64,000 bases of DNA. Origin: Macrostomum lignano. Taxonomy: Eukaryota. The position numbers were made by a program, and so were the translations under genes. The DNA lies in assembly GCA_002269645.1 (NCBI GenBank), contig NIVC01000957.1, positions 310,001 through 374,000 of the forward strand, read 5' to 3'. Below are positions 31,338 to 42,010 of the stretch, piece by piece. The notes under the pieces are model-generated. The model ran no database searches and was not told the DNA's origin. It was given only the letters and a program-made list of their open reading frames with translations. Positions within the stretch are counted from its first letter, which is position 1. The number at the start of each line of letters is the position of its first letter.

Positions 31338-34144
31338 TACCTATTAGCCTATGCACCTATGAGTACGACTTGACTAGACAGAATTCAGACCTCAGCCCGT
31401 TGCTCACACACACAGTCTGCTGTTTATGGCTTATACGCAAGCTATCTGAGACTAAGCTGTGTGTTGAGATTTGCTTCTGCTTAAAACGGACTTCGATGCT
31501 CGCTACGGTTACTCAAATTCCTTCATCGGGAAAGTAGTCTATGCGCGTATCTATTTCGGCGCAGTTTTCACCCTAAAAACTAGCCGATTGAACATTCTGT
31601 GTAAATTTTGTGATAGATAGCGCGGTCTCCCTCAGCACAAGTCTGAGTTTTATTTGACTTCACTACGCTCGCAAAATATCAGTTGCTCATTCGCTTTTAA
31701 GTCGCATCAGCGGAGCTCTCTGATGCCGTCGCTGGCACGGGCAGCTGAGGGTTTTTTGCACCCGTTTCATCTTATTTAGCTGCGGATGCTGGAGCGGAGT
31801 CTCGCGATGAAGCGACTGAATAATGGGCTGAAGCTCGGCGCTCACAGTCTGCACAGCTTGCTCCAGTTGCTGAGCAGCCTGTTGAGATCGCTATTGCGGC
31901 TGCACTGCGACTGTCTGGGCGGCTGCAGCTTGAGCAACGTTCCCGCGGGCTGGAGCTGCTGCTACGGACACGGCCAGGCTGGCTACATCCTGTGGAACTT
32001 CTTCTTGACCGCTGCATGAGCAGCAGCAGCAGCAGCAGTCGATATGGCTTTTCAGAACAATGACCAATATAACTATCTCTATGGCTGTCTTCTTTTACCA
32101 GTTCAGAAGAACTACCAACAGTTTCCACCAATCGGCCAGAAATAAACTCTCTGCACTTGCTGAGAAACAATCTGGAGAAATCTTGAAAAAGACGCTGGCT
32201 AAGCGCCAAAACTGCTGTCTTTGCGGCGTGAGTGCGGAACTCCTGTAGAGATTAGGATTACGCTCTTTAAAGACTTTGCTGCTCAAAGATAATTTTCGTT
32301 GAGAACGACTCGAGACAGTGCTACACTTTACGATCACTCAATAAAAAAGTCGATCTGATAATTGTAAGCGATACTGATTTGGAGTGGAGTCCATGGCATT
32401 TTCAGAAGCGAATTTCATCTCATTTGATTGATTGAGAAGACTTTAGAGACCTCCTGCTTCTCCTCTGAGGTCTCTTTGTTGCGTTTTCCCTCGGGAAATC
32501 AGTTGAAATTGATGCTTTTAAAAATAAGCAGTCGGAGACGATTCGCCAACAGAGTTCAATTTCTGAATTTAAGGGGCAAAGTGGACTTTAGTTGCAGTGT
32601 TTGTTTTTGTCTTGGGGGCCAAAGCAGTGCGGACAGCTCAACGTCTAACAGCATCTTACAATGGGTATTTAAGAAATTTGTGAGGCAAGGACGATGTAGT
32701 GTGAGCATCTTTTGCGTGTATTTTGTTAGTTGGTTGATTGTGTTGGGTTCTATATTGTTATTGAATTATTATTTTGCTTTAGTTTAGTCACACTTTTTTA
32801 ATGTACTTTTCTTGTTAGTTAGAATCTAAAATTGTAAACAGGTTAGAAGTCAGACGCAAATCTGTGACTCAGCGGAGGGTTGAGTTTTCTGCGAACCCCA
32901 GCTTTGCGCGGCCAGCCAATCAGAACCGGCCAGGACCCTGGCACGCGGCAAGTTCCAGTTCTACCCGGCGCCGCGGGCACAGTGCAATTCAGCTTAGCAA
33001 GCGGCCGGCCAGACAACCACCACCCGGCTTGAGGGGGGGTTTTTGAGGGGTTTGACTCTGACTATATATGAAAGTGTGTTTGGCAATCAGATCTCACCTT
33101 TTCCTTTTCTTTTTCCTTCTCCTTCTTTCCCGGTCCTCGGTTTTGTTCAGCTTCCCGGCCGGTGGCCTGTTTCCCTTTTTGGTTCGCGCTTTGAGGCGTT
33201 TTGATTTCGTCACCCCGGTCCATACTTTGTTCCCTTGCCCAACCGCTTCAGCCTTGTGGCGTAACGTCTACGGCAAATCCTTGTCTGAAGTCGTCGCTGT
33301 CAAGCGCGGTTAGTTAGAGACTGTCGGATCTGATCAAGTACGCGGCCTCGACCCCGAGGGCCTCAGTGTCACACTGAAGGGCAGTGCCGATAGAACTTAG
33401 TCGGTACTCCGTTGAACGGTCGGTTCGGCAGGGCTCTCGTTCGAGTGTAGGTTCTGGTTTAGGCCAGGGGTTAGGAGTCTTCTCCGTGGTCGTGTTCGGT
33501 TCTTCTTTCTTTTCCTCAGTTGAGATCTGCTTGCCAGTTGCGAAATCTAATTATTATTATTAACCGTTATCGTCGTTCTGTCAAGTCTAATCATCTGCGC
33601 CGCGAATTGCTTAGAATCTTGTAACTATTGAATGTGTCAAATTAAACCGTCAAGTCAATTGCTTATTAGCTATTCTAATAGGATTATCACTCTCTAAATC
33701 TATTCGGTTCGTGTTCCCTCGTGTTCCTTCTTTTCTTGTACTGTACCTGTGACTATTGGAGAAAGACTGGTAGGACTCGCCAACCGGCGATAGGCAATTA
33801 GGGCCAATAGCTTTAAAATCTCCGAACGCTCCAAAAATAGGTTTGTCTAGGGCCTAAATAATTGCTTACCGTGCATGCTATTTATCTAATTGCCTTTTTA
33901 TCACAACGATTTGAGAAGTCCCGTCTGTGCTGTTTTGAATTTTGTCCGTGCATTAATTCTTACTGCTCTGGGATAATTTCTAGCATTGCTTGTGAATGCT
34001 ATGAGTACAGCTCAACTGCTGTGTTCACTGGCTGTTTACACAGACACGCTGAATTGAGCTTTGATCCCAGATAATTGGCTCCTGTTGCACTCTGGGCTAT
34101 CAATGCTGCTCTAAAGCATATCGTGGAAATTTCCACTGCGGAGT

Positions 34145-34373
34145 GACTGACTGACTGACTGACTGACTGACTGACTGACTGACTGACTGACTGACTGACT
34201 GACTGACTGACTGACTGACTGACTGACTGACTGACTGACTGACTGACTGACTGACTGACTGACTGACTGACTGACTGACTGACTGACTGACTGACTGACT
34301 GACTGACTGACTGACTGACTGACTGACTGACTGACTGACTGACTGACTGACTGACTGACTGACTGACTGACTG
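34145..34373 (+). repeat. (GACT)n microsatellite
   Basis: Pure run of about 57 units. Confidence 0.97.
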
Positions 34374-34644
34374 TCTCCTGCCCCAGTTCAACCAGTCTGC
34401 TCCAGAAGAGTGCCTCAGTCGGAAACCGATTGGTCCGGACTGCTCAGCGGGGGGTGGGCTGGGGTGGCCGAGGGGGTATAGGCCGGACTCATTCAGAAGC
34501 CATCAGTGGAGAATCGGTTCTCGCCAGGCGCTTCCGTTTTTTAGCAAAACTGCAGACCGGCGAAGGCGTGCTGATTAACAACTGACAATGTGAGTCACGT
34601 GCTCATGCTTTCACATTTACCATGTCACCCGTGTCAGTTGCACT

Positions 34645-34919
34645 CTCATGGATTGTGAATATGGCATCCAGTGTCAGTGACAGGTGAGTGTCATGGACTG
34701 TGAATGTGGCATCCAGTGTCAGTGACAGGTGAGTGTCATGGACTGTGAATGTGGCATCCAGTGTCAGTGACAGGTGAGTGTCACGGGCTGTGAATGTGGC
34801 ATCCAGTGTCAGTGACAGGTGAGTGTCATGGACTGTGAATGTGGCATCCAGTGTCAGTGACAGGTGAGTGTCATGGACTGTGAATGTGGCATCCAGTGTC
34901 AGTGACAGGTGAGTGTCAT
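34645..34919 (+). repeat. 45-bp minisatellite, left part (resumes at 39534-39675 after the LTR element)
   Basis: Unit GTCATGGACTGTGAATGTGGCATCCAGTGTCAGTGACAGGTGAGT. Confidence 0.92.
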
Positions 34920-37900
34920 TGTGAAGTTATGAGCCGAGTACGCAAACGAGACGAGTATTTGCAAATTGGAAGTGGAAAAACACACGCGAAATCTTATGCG
35001 CGGTGTCGCAGTATTTATTAAATTGAATTCACTTAGTCAGCATAAATTACTAGATTGAGATTAGGGGTGGGTGACGCGCTGGCCAACAAAGAGAGAGAAC
35101 TAGAACTAAAACTCAAATAACAAATAATAATAATCTAACTGAGTGAACTATTAAGTGGCCAATGCCATACGTATAACTAAGCTATCTGACATCTCCCCCC
35201 CCCTAAAGTTCGAAACATTCCTAGCAAAGTTCGTTCGAAGTCAGAGTCAGTTCAAATTCAGGATCAAGGTTGCAGGCGTTCAGGTGGCTGCCTTCGACGC
35301 TGCGGGTAGCGCCTCGCCGGACTGCTTGGCCGGTCAGCGGCGGCGGTGGCCGCGTCATCCTGCGGCGCGTCATTGCCGCCGTCGCCTTCGCTTTGCTCGG
35401 TGGGCGGCGAATGCGGCTCATCGGAGAAAGCGGCCGGTGGCAACGGGTTGGCCTCCGGCAGCGAGCTCGTCAGCAGCTGGTCCGTGTGCCGCCGATGGAG
35501 AGCGCCGCCGACCTCAACGTCGCAGTTGCGGGATCTAGCGGATACGACGCTACCCTCCGCCCAGCGAGTCCCGCCGCCAGCCTTAGCGTTGGAGCTGTAG
35601 TCGCGCAGTAGAACTCGGTCACCGACTTGAAACTCGCGCGCATGCGGCTGCTGCTCGACCTGCCGCTCTTGGTGCTGCTGCATGCTGCTCGTCAGTGATG
35701 GCATCAGCAGGTCCAGCCGACTGCGCAGTCTGCGGCCGATGAGCAGCTGGCTGGGAGCCTCGCCGGTGATCGAGTGCGGCGTGTTGCGGTAGGACAGCAG
35801 CATCCGCTGTAGTGCCGCCGTCGAGTGCCCGCTCTTGAGCAGATGTCGCTTCAGCACCTGAACGAACCTCTCCGCTTGGCCGTTCGTTGCCGGATGGAAC
35901 GGCGCCGAGAAAACATGCCGAATGCCGTTGCGCCTTGTGAACTCGCCGAACTCCGCGGAGGTGAACTGCGTGACGTTGTCGGAGACCAACACCCGGGGAA
36001 TGCCCAGTCTGGCGAAGACCTCGCGGAGTCGCTCGATAGTGGCAGCAGACGTAACGCTGTGCACCTGATGAACCTCCGGCCACTTGCTGAAGGCGTCCAC
36101 AATGACTAGGTACGTGCGACCGTTAACGGGGCCGGCGAAGTCCAGGTGCAGCCTCGCCCAAGGTTCAGCAGGAAACGGCCACGGTTGCACCGGCGCTTTG
36201 GGCGGGTCGGCCTGGTTCAGCGTACAGGTCCGGCACGACTTGACGGTCATCGCAAGCTGCTCGTCCAGGCCGGGCCACCAGACGTAGCTGCGGGCCAGCG
36301 CTCGCATGCGGTTGATGCCGGGATGAGCCTGGTGCAACTCGTCCAGCACGCCTTGTCGCAGAGCCGTGGGCACCACGACGCGGGCGCCCCACAGCACGCA
36401 GCCCTGTTCAACGCTCAGCTCGTCCCGCCGCCTCGAGAAGTCGATCAGGTCAGCGCCAGCCATTGGCTTGCCAGTCTGCAGACAGCGAAGCACCCGGCCG
36501 AGAATGGCATCCGAGCGAGTGCTGCGCGCGACCGCTTGAGCCGTTATGGCGGACCCGGTCTCCTCATCCAGCAGCAGGGCGTTGACGGCCGGCTCTTCCT
36601 CAAACTGTCTCGGCAGTGGCAGCCGGGACAGCGAGTCGCAGTTTGCGTGCTTGCTGGTGGGCCGGAACTCCAGCGAGTAGTCGTAACCGGCCAAACGGAT
36701 CGCCCAGCGCTGCATGCGAGCCGCCGCGTGCTCTAGAATCGCCTTGTTTTCGCCGAAAAGTCCTAGGAGCGGCTTGTGGTCTGTCACGATGACAAACTTG
36801 CGGCCTTGGAGGAACTGATTAAAGCGCTGGAGGCCGAACATGATCGCTAGCGCCTCCTTGTCTAACTGCGAGTAGCCCTTTTGAGCCGTCGTCAGGCTGC
36901 GACTGGCAAAGGCAATGGCTCGGTCCTGGCCGTCCACTCGGTGCGTTAGCACCACGCCGAGACCATAGGGGCTGGCGTCGCACTCGAGCCGCAGCGGCAG
37001 CTTGGCGTCATAATGCATCAGCACCGGAGACTCGAGCAGAAGATGCTTGGACTTCTCGAAGGCTATCTGCTGAGGCTCCCCCCACGTCCAGCGCGCGTTC
37101 TTGGTCAGCAGCTGATTCAGGGGAGCGACCACCGTGGACAGATGAGGCAGGAATTTGCCGTAGTGCGTCAACATGCCCAAGTAAGCTCGGAGCTGACTGC
37201 AGTCTGCGGGTGGCGGGGCGTCCTGCACCGCCTTCACCTTCTCCGTCAGCGGCCGCAGTCCGTTGCTGTCGATCCGGTGGCCCAGGTACTCGACCGAATC
37301 GCGGAACAACTCGCACTTGTCCTTGTTCAGCCGTAGGCCCGCCTCCTGTAGGCGCTGAAGGACCTTGATAAGATTCTCGCGATGATGCTGCAGCGTCTTG
37401 CCCGTCACCAGGATGTCATCCATAAAGACTTGCACAGACTCCAGGTCACCGAGCAGCGAGTCTAGCGTGCGCTGGAATACCGCACTGGCGCAGTTGATGC
37501 CGAACGGCATGCGGTTCAGCTGGTACAGGCCTCGCTGCGTGTTGATGGTCAAGAAGGGCTTGCTGTCCTCAGACAATGGCAGCTGCAGGAAGGCGTTTGA
37601 CATGTCCAGCTTGGACCATTTGCAGCCGCCACCCAGCTTTGCAAATAAGTCATCAATGCGCGGCAGTGGGTACAGCTCCGGCCTAGACTCTGCGTTGTAG
37701 GTGAGCTTGTAGTCGCCGCAGATCCTTACCGAACCGTCCTTCTTGACAACAGGCACAATCGGCGCAGCCCAGTCAGAATTTTTGACTGGCGTGATGATGC
37801 CGTCAGTCTCCATCCGTCGAAGTTCCTGGTCGACGCGCTCCCGGAGTGCATAGGGGACCGGCCTGGCCTTGAAAAAGCGCGGCTTCGCCTCAGTTGGCAT

Positions 37901-39533
37901 GTGCAGTTTCACCTCGCCTTGCCGATAGGTGCCAAGGCCGCCTTGGAAGACCTCGGGGAACTGCGCGAGCAGATCAGCTGCTTGTCCGGTCACTGAGTTG
38001 ACCTGACCAAGGATCGTCGGCCAGTCCAATCTCAGCTGTGTCAGCCAGTCGCGACCCAGTAGTGCGACATCGCCTTGCTCGACAACAAGCAGCGTCAACC
38101 GCCGATCTTGGCCATTGTGCTGAACCGCGACCTCTGCCTGTCCGATGGGTCGAAAGCTCTCGCCCGTGTAGGTGCGCAGCACCGTGGATGTCGGCGACAG
38201 ACGGAGACCCGGCAGAACATCCTCTTGGAGACTCTTCGGGATGACAGTGAGGGCGGAGCCGGTATCCACCTCGAAGCGACATGGCTTGCCTTGGAGCAGC
38301 AGCTGGACCGCCAGACCCTTGCTCGATCCGCTCTGCCTAATGCTGAAGAGGGGCTCCTGCAGCTCAGCCGTCTCTGGATCCAACTTGTGCAGCTTTGAAG
38401 ACCTGCACACCTTGCGGATGTGCCCGACTTTGCCGCAGTTGTGGCACTTGGCCTCACGAAGCTTGCACTGTTGCCGACTGTGGGCACCGCCGCAGCTTGC
38501 ACACGCGCCTGACGCAGCAGCTGCCCGCATAGCGTTGGCTTGAGCTCCGGGCGGCTGACGGGGAGCCTGCTTGTTGAGCTCTTTGGGCGCAGTGGGCTTC
38601 TTGTGGAGGCGCAGGTGAGCGACTGCTTCAGCACGGTGCGCCATCTCCGACGAAGATTTTTCCGCTGCCTCCAAAGCGTCGACTCTGGCCACGAGCGTCT
38701 TGAAGTCGGGCTGATCGATCTCCAGCAGCTTTGCACGGTGCACGTCACTGCGGAGACCGAAGACAAACTGGTCGCGCAGTCTCTCGTCCAGAGTGCTGAT
38801 GCAGTGGGATCCGTCTGACCCGTCCAGAGTGAACTCAAATTTGCAATGCTCCGAGGCAGCTTTTAGGCCAGCAATAAAGTCCGCGAGACTCTCGCCGGGC
38901 TTCTGCACGCGCTGTTGAAAGCGGAATCTGGCGGATAGCATTGACGTCTTGGGAGAGTAATGTGCCTTCAAGACAGCAGCTAAGTCTGAGTATGACTTGG
39001 AGGTCACCGTTTCCGGCAGGCACAGATTCCGAAGAACCTTGTAAGCGTCCTCTCCGATGGCGGTCACCAGCGTGGCGACCTTCGCCTCGTCTCGGACTTC
39101 TTTACAGATGAAATATTGTTCGAGCCTCTCTAGGTATACCTCAATGTCAGAGTTTGCAGAGAGTTCTGGAATTCTACCAGTTGTAGCCATTTTCTCGTCG
39201 CCAATGTGAAGTTATGAGCCGAGTACGCAAACGAGACGAGACGAGTAATTTGCAAATTGGAAGTGGAAAAACACGCGCGAAATCTTATGCGCGGTGTCGC
39301 AGTATTTATTAAATTGAATTCACTTAGTCAGCATAAATTACTAGATTGAGATTAGGGGTGGGTGCTGCGCTGGCCAACAAAGAGAGAGAAGAAAGTGAAT
39401 TAGATAACTCCAGCCCCCGACGCTGGGGTGGCAAGGGTACACTAGAACTAAAACTCAAATAACAAATAATAATAATCTAACTGAGTGAACTTTTAAGTGG
39501 CCAATGCCATACGTATAACTAAGCTATCTGACA
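34920..39533 (-). mobile_element. Full-length Mag-clade Ty3/Gypsy LTR retrotransposon: 5' LTR 39205-39533, 3' LTR 34920-35191, 5-bp TSD GTCAT
   Basis: TG...CA LTRs; TSD at 34915-34919 and 39534-39538. PBS TGGCGACGAG (39194-39203, - strand) is complementary to the 3' end of tRNA-Ser(GCU). The polypurine tract lies at 35192-35207. Confidence 0.96.
35264..39190 (-). CDS. Gag-Pol polyprotein, single ORF, 1308 aa (gag with two CCHC knuckles, protease, RT, RNase H, integrase)
   Basis: CASCGGAHSRQQC + CHNCGKVGHIRKVC (Mag-type double knuckle), FEVDTGS, VFMDDIL, LECDAS, H..H..C..C zinc finger, LHLDFAGP / VSDN / GQAERF. No stops. Confidence 0.96.
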   Translation of the reverse strand: MATTGRIPELSANSDIEVYLERLEQYFICKEVRDEAKVATLVTAIGEDAYKVLRNLCLPETVTSKSYSDLAAVLKAHYSPKTSMLSARFRFQQRVQKPGESLADFIAGLKAASEHCKFEFTLDGSDGSHCISTLDERLRDQFVFGLRSDVHRAKLLEIDQPDFKTLVARVDALEAAEKSSSEMAHRAEAVAHLRLHKKPTAPKELNKQAPRQPPGAQANAMRAAAASGACASCGGAHSRQQCKLREAKCHNCGKVGHIRKVCRSSKLHKLDPETAELQEPLFSIRQSGSSKGLAVQLLLQGKPCRFEVDTGSALTVIPKSLQEDVLPGLRLSPTSTVLRTYTGESFRPIGQAEVAVQHNGQDRRLTLLVVEQGDVALLGRDWLTQLRLDWPTILGQVNSVTGQAADLLAQFPEVFQGGLGTYRQGEVKLHMPTEAKPRFFKARPVPYALRERVDQELRRMETDGIITPVKNSDWAAPIVPVVKKDGSVRICGDYKLTYNAESRPELYPLPRIDDLFAKLGGGCKWSKLDMSNAFLQLPLSEDSKPFLTINTQRGLYQLNRMPFGINCASAVFQRTLDSLLGDLESVQVFMDDILVTGKTLQHHRENLIKVLQRLQEAGLRLNKDKCELFRDSVEYLGHRIDSNGLRPLTEKVKAVQDAPPPADCSQLRAYLGMLTHYGKFLPHLSTVVAPLNQLLTKNARWTWGEPQQIAFEKSKHLLLESPVLMHYDAKLPLRLECDASPYGLGVVLTHRVDGQDRAIAFASRSLTTAQKGYSQLDKEALAIMFGLQRFNQFLQGRKFVIVTDHKPLLGLFGENKAILEHAAARMQRWAIRLAGYDYSLEFRPTSKHANCDSLSRLPLPRQFEEEPAVNALLLDEETGSAITAQAVARSTRSDAILGRVLRCLQTGKPMAGADLIDFSRRRDELSVEQGCVLWGARVVVPTALRQGVLDELHQAHPGINRMRALARSYVWWPGLDEQLAMTVKSCRTCTLNQADPPKAPVQPWPFPAEPWARLHLDFAGPVNGRTYLVIVDAFSKWPEVHQVHSVTSAATIERLREVFARLGIPRVLVSDNVTQFTSAEFGEFTRRNGIRHVFSAPFHPATNGQAERFVQVLKRHLLKSGHSTAALQRMLLSYRNTPHSITGEAPSQLLIGRRLRSRLDLLMPSLTSSMQQHQERQVEQQPHAREFQVGDRVLLRDYSSNAKAGGGTRWAEGSVVSARSRNCDVEVGGALHRRHTDQLLTSSLPEANPLPPAAFSDEPHSPPTEQSEGDGGNDAPQDDAATAAADRPSSPARRYPQRRRQPPERLQP

Positions 39534-39675
39534 GTCATGGACTGTGAATGTGGCATCCAGTGTCAGTGACAGGTGAGTTTCATGGACTGTGAATGTGGCA
39601 TCCAGTGTCATGGACTGTGAATGTGGCATCCAGTGTCATGGACTGTGAATGTGGCATCCAGTGTCATGGACTGTG
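39534..39675 (+). repeat. 45-bp minisatellite, right part
   Basis: Continues in register from GTCAT across the insertion. Confidence 0.88.
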
Positions 39676-40244
39676 GTGGCCATAAACTACTCTCAAGGTG
39701 CCACTCCATTTTGCGCGGGTAAAAGCTGTTTAAATTCCTTTCACTTGTTGCGTGCAGGCGTCACCTCCCTTCTTCTGGCTCTTGACGCCGCCCCCCCCCC
39801 GCAGAGCAGGAGCCTCACCTTTTGCCTTTTTCTCCCCGCTGATTAATGTGACTCCTTTTCTCGCGTGTGAGCTGAGCGGGCGAGAGGATCTGAGATTTTC
39901 CGAGCTGTGTTAGCCAGGGAATAATTGCTTCTTTTGGCGCAGCTGCAATTGCAATTTGGGGGGGGGGGGGGAGTGAGCGGGCCGCCACTTTTACCTGGGC
40001 TCTGATCGGCTGCCCTGCAGCCTCGTGAGAGCCTCGCCATCCTGTCAGCATCCATTCGGAAAAAGAAAATTAAAACCTGAGCACACTGAAGCTGACAGCC
40101 AATCTGATACGAGCTACATCAACTCTCTCTCTCTCTACCTCTCTCCAGCAGGACAAATCGACTTTTAATTCAAAGCGAGAATTTTAGTGACTTCATGGCC
40201 GTCTTTAGGTCAAAGCTTTTGGGATAAGAGGGTATGCTCTTATC

Positions 40245-40571
40245 TCTCATTCCCCCCTCTCCTTTGCAGCTTATCTCCCATTCCCCCTCTCCTTTGCAGC
40301 TTATCTCCCATTCCCCCTCTCCTTTGCAGCTTATCTCCCATTCCCCCTCTCCTTTGCAGCTTATCTCCCATTCCCCCTCTCCTTTGCAGCTTATCTCCCA
40401 TTCCCCCTCTCCTTTGCAGCTTATCTCCCATTCCCCCTCTCCTTTGCAGCTTATCTCCCATTCCCCCTCTCCTTTGCAGCTTATCTCCCATTCCTCCCTC
40501 TCCTTTGCAGCTTATCTCCCATTCCCCCTCTCCTTTGCAGCTTATCTCCCATTCCCCCCTCTCCTTTGCAG
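40245..40571 (+). repeat. 30-bp minisatellite x11, each unit containing a polypyrimidine-TTTGCAG acceptor-like site
   Basis: Unit TTCCCCCTCTCCTTTGCAGCTTATCTCCCA. It is followed by a 10-bp repeat (AGTCCGCAAC) at 40589-40636. Confidence 0.93.
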
Positions 40572-40656
40572 CGTCTCTAAATTCCGCAGAGTCCGCAACA
40601 GTCCGCAACAGTCCGCAACAGTCCGCAACAGTCCGCGAGGATCTGCAACAGTTCCC

Positions 40657-41586
40657 ATGGCCGCGCCGGCCCTCGGCGACCTGCTGGCGGCGCCGGCCAA
40701 CGCCACTCTGCCCAGCAACTGCAGCCCGCCGCCGGAGCTGCTCACCCGCCTGTCCGTCAGCTACCAGGAGGCGCACAAATACCTCGCCACCATCCTGTGC
40801 AGCGTCGGCGCCGCCACCAACTTGCTGAACATGGTCGTCTTCTGCCAGCGATCGATGCGCAACCCCACCAACACGCTGCTGACCGCCCTGGCTCTCTGCG
40901 ACTGCCTGCTGTCCATGTCCTACCTGCCGTTCTGCCTGTACTTCACCATGCAGAACCGGCTGAGGCAGGGCTGCCCGGAGCCCTACGCCTGGCAGCTGTT
41001 CCTGTGGGTGCAGGTCTGCCTGGCCATCTTCGCGCACTCCTGCAGCTCCTGGATCACGGTGGCCCTGGCCGCCTTCCGCCTCGTCTACATCGAGCTGCCG
41101 GTGCGCAGCAAGCAGATCTGCACTAACCGGACCTCCCTGCTCAGCATCGGCCTCGCCTGCGTCGCCTCCGTTGCCATGGTGGCACCGAACGCGCTCGAGC
41201 ATCACGTGACCTTGGCCAAGCCGGAGAAAGTTCGCGCCAGAAGCCACCTGTGCGGGCTCGATCCTAACGCTACCTACTTTGAGTTCGAACTGAAGTTTCA
41301 AAACACGCTGCTGAGCAGCCTCAACTTCTGGATCATCGGGCTGGGGATCAAATTCCTGCCCGTGCTGCTGCTCACCCTGCTCAGCGTCCTCCTCATCCGC
41401 TCGCTACGGCGGACTCACGTCAGGCGCAAGGCGCTGCGAGCTGGCGCCAAGTCTGCGTCTGCTGGCGCCGCGGCGCCGGATGGTGCAGCGGCCGGGGGGC
41501 AGAGCGAGACGGACAGGCAGACCAACCGGACCACCAAGATCCTCATCACCATCGTGCTGGTCAGCGTGGTCAGCGTCTGGCCTCAG
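40657..41586 (+). CDS. Rhodopsin-family neuropeptide GPCR, myosuppressin-receptor/dmsr-like, exon 1 (TM1-TM6)
   Basis: GAATNLLNMVVF, NPTNTLLTALALCDCL, AHSCSSWITVALAAFRL, IKFLPVLLLTLLSVLLI and QTNRTTKILITIV. Donor is CCTCAG|GTGAGC at 41587, phase 0. Confidence 0.85.
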
Positions 41587-41659
41587 GTGAGCCGCTGCTC
41601 AATGAAGAATCGCCTGCTCTCGGTCTGTCCGGGCCTGTTTCTCGGTCCCCCATCTGGCC

Positions 41660-42010
41660 CATAATCTGGTACTTAATCTGGTTATCAATCTGGTTATCAA
41701 TCTGGTTATCAATCTGGTTATCAATCTGGTTATCAATCTGTTCCTAAATCTAGTTATCAATCTGGTTATCAATCTGGTTATCAATCTGTTCCTAAATCTA
41801 GTTATCAATCTGTTCCTAAATCTGGTTATCAATCTGGTACTCAATCTGGTTATCAATCTGTTCCTAAATCTGGTTATCAATCTGGTCCTCAATCTGGTTA
41901 TCAATCTGGTCCTCAGTCTGGTTATCAATCTGGTCCTCAATCTGGTTATCAATCTGGTTATCAATCTGGTCCTCAGTCTGATCCTCTATATAGTCCTTAA
42001 TCTGGTCCAG
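41660..42010 (+). repeat. 12-bp minisatellite (AATCTGGTTATC)
   Basis: Direct observation. Confidence 0.9.

Noticed and set aside
31770-32790. GC-rich patch with several short ORFs and a CAG run
   Set aside because: Stops occur in the plausible frames and no family is recognisable.
32863-33905. Solo-LTR-like segment (TG start, CCAAT, TATA at about 33063, CA end)
   Set aside because: No matching target-site duplication or second copy in the window, so the boundaries cannot be fixed.
40240-41301. 353-aa antisense ORF over the GPCR (similarly 56287-57093 and 13651-14235)
   Set aside because: Shadow ORFs caused by strong GC3 bias of the real coding strand.
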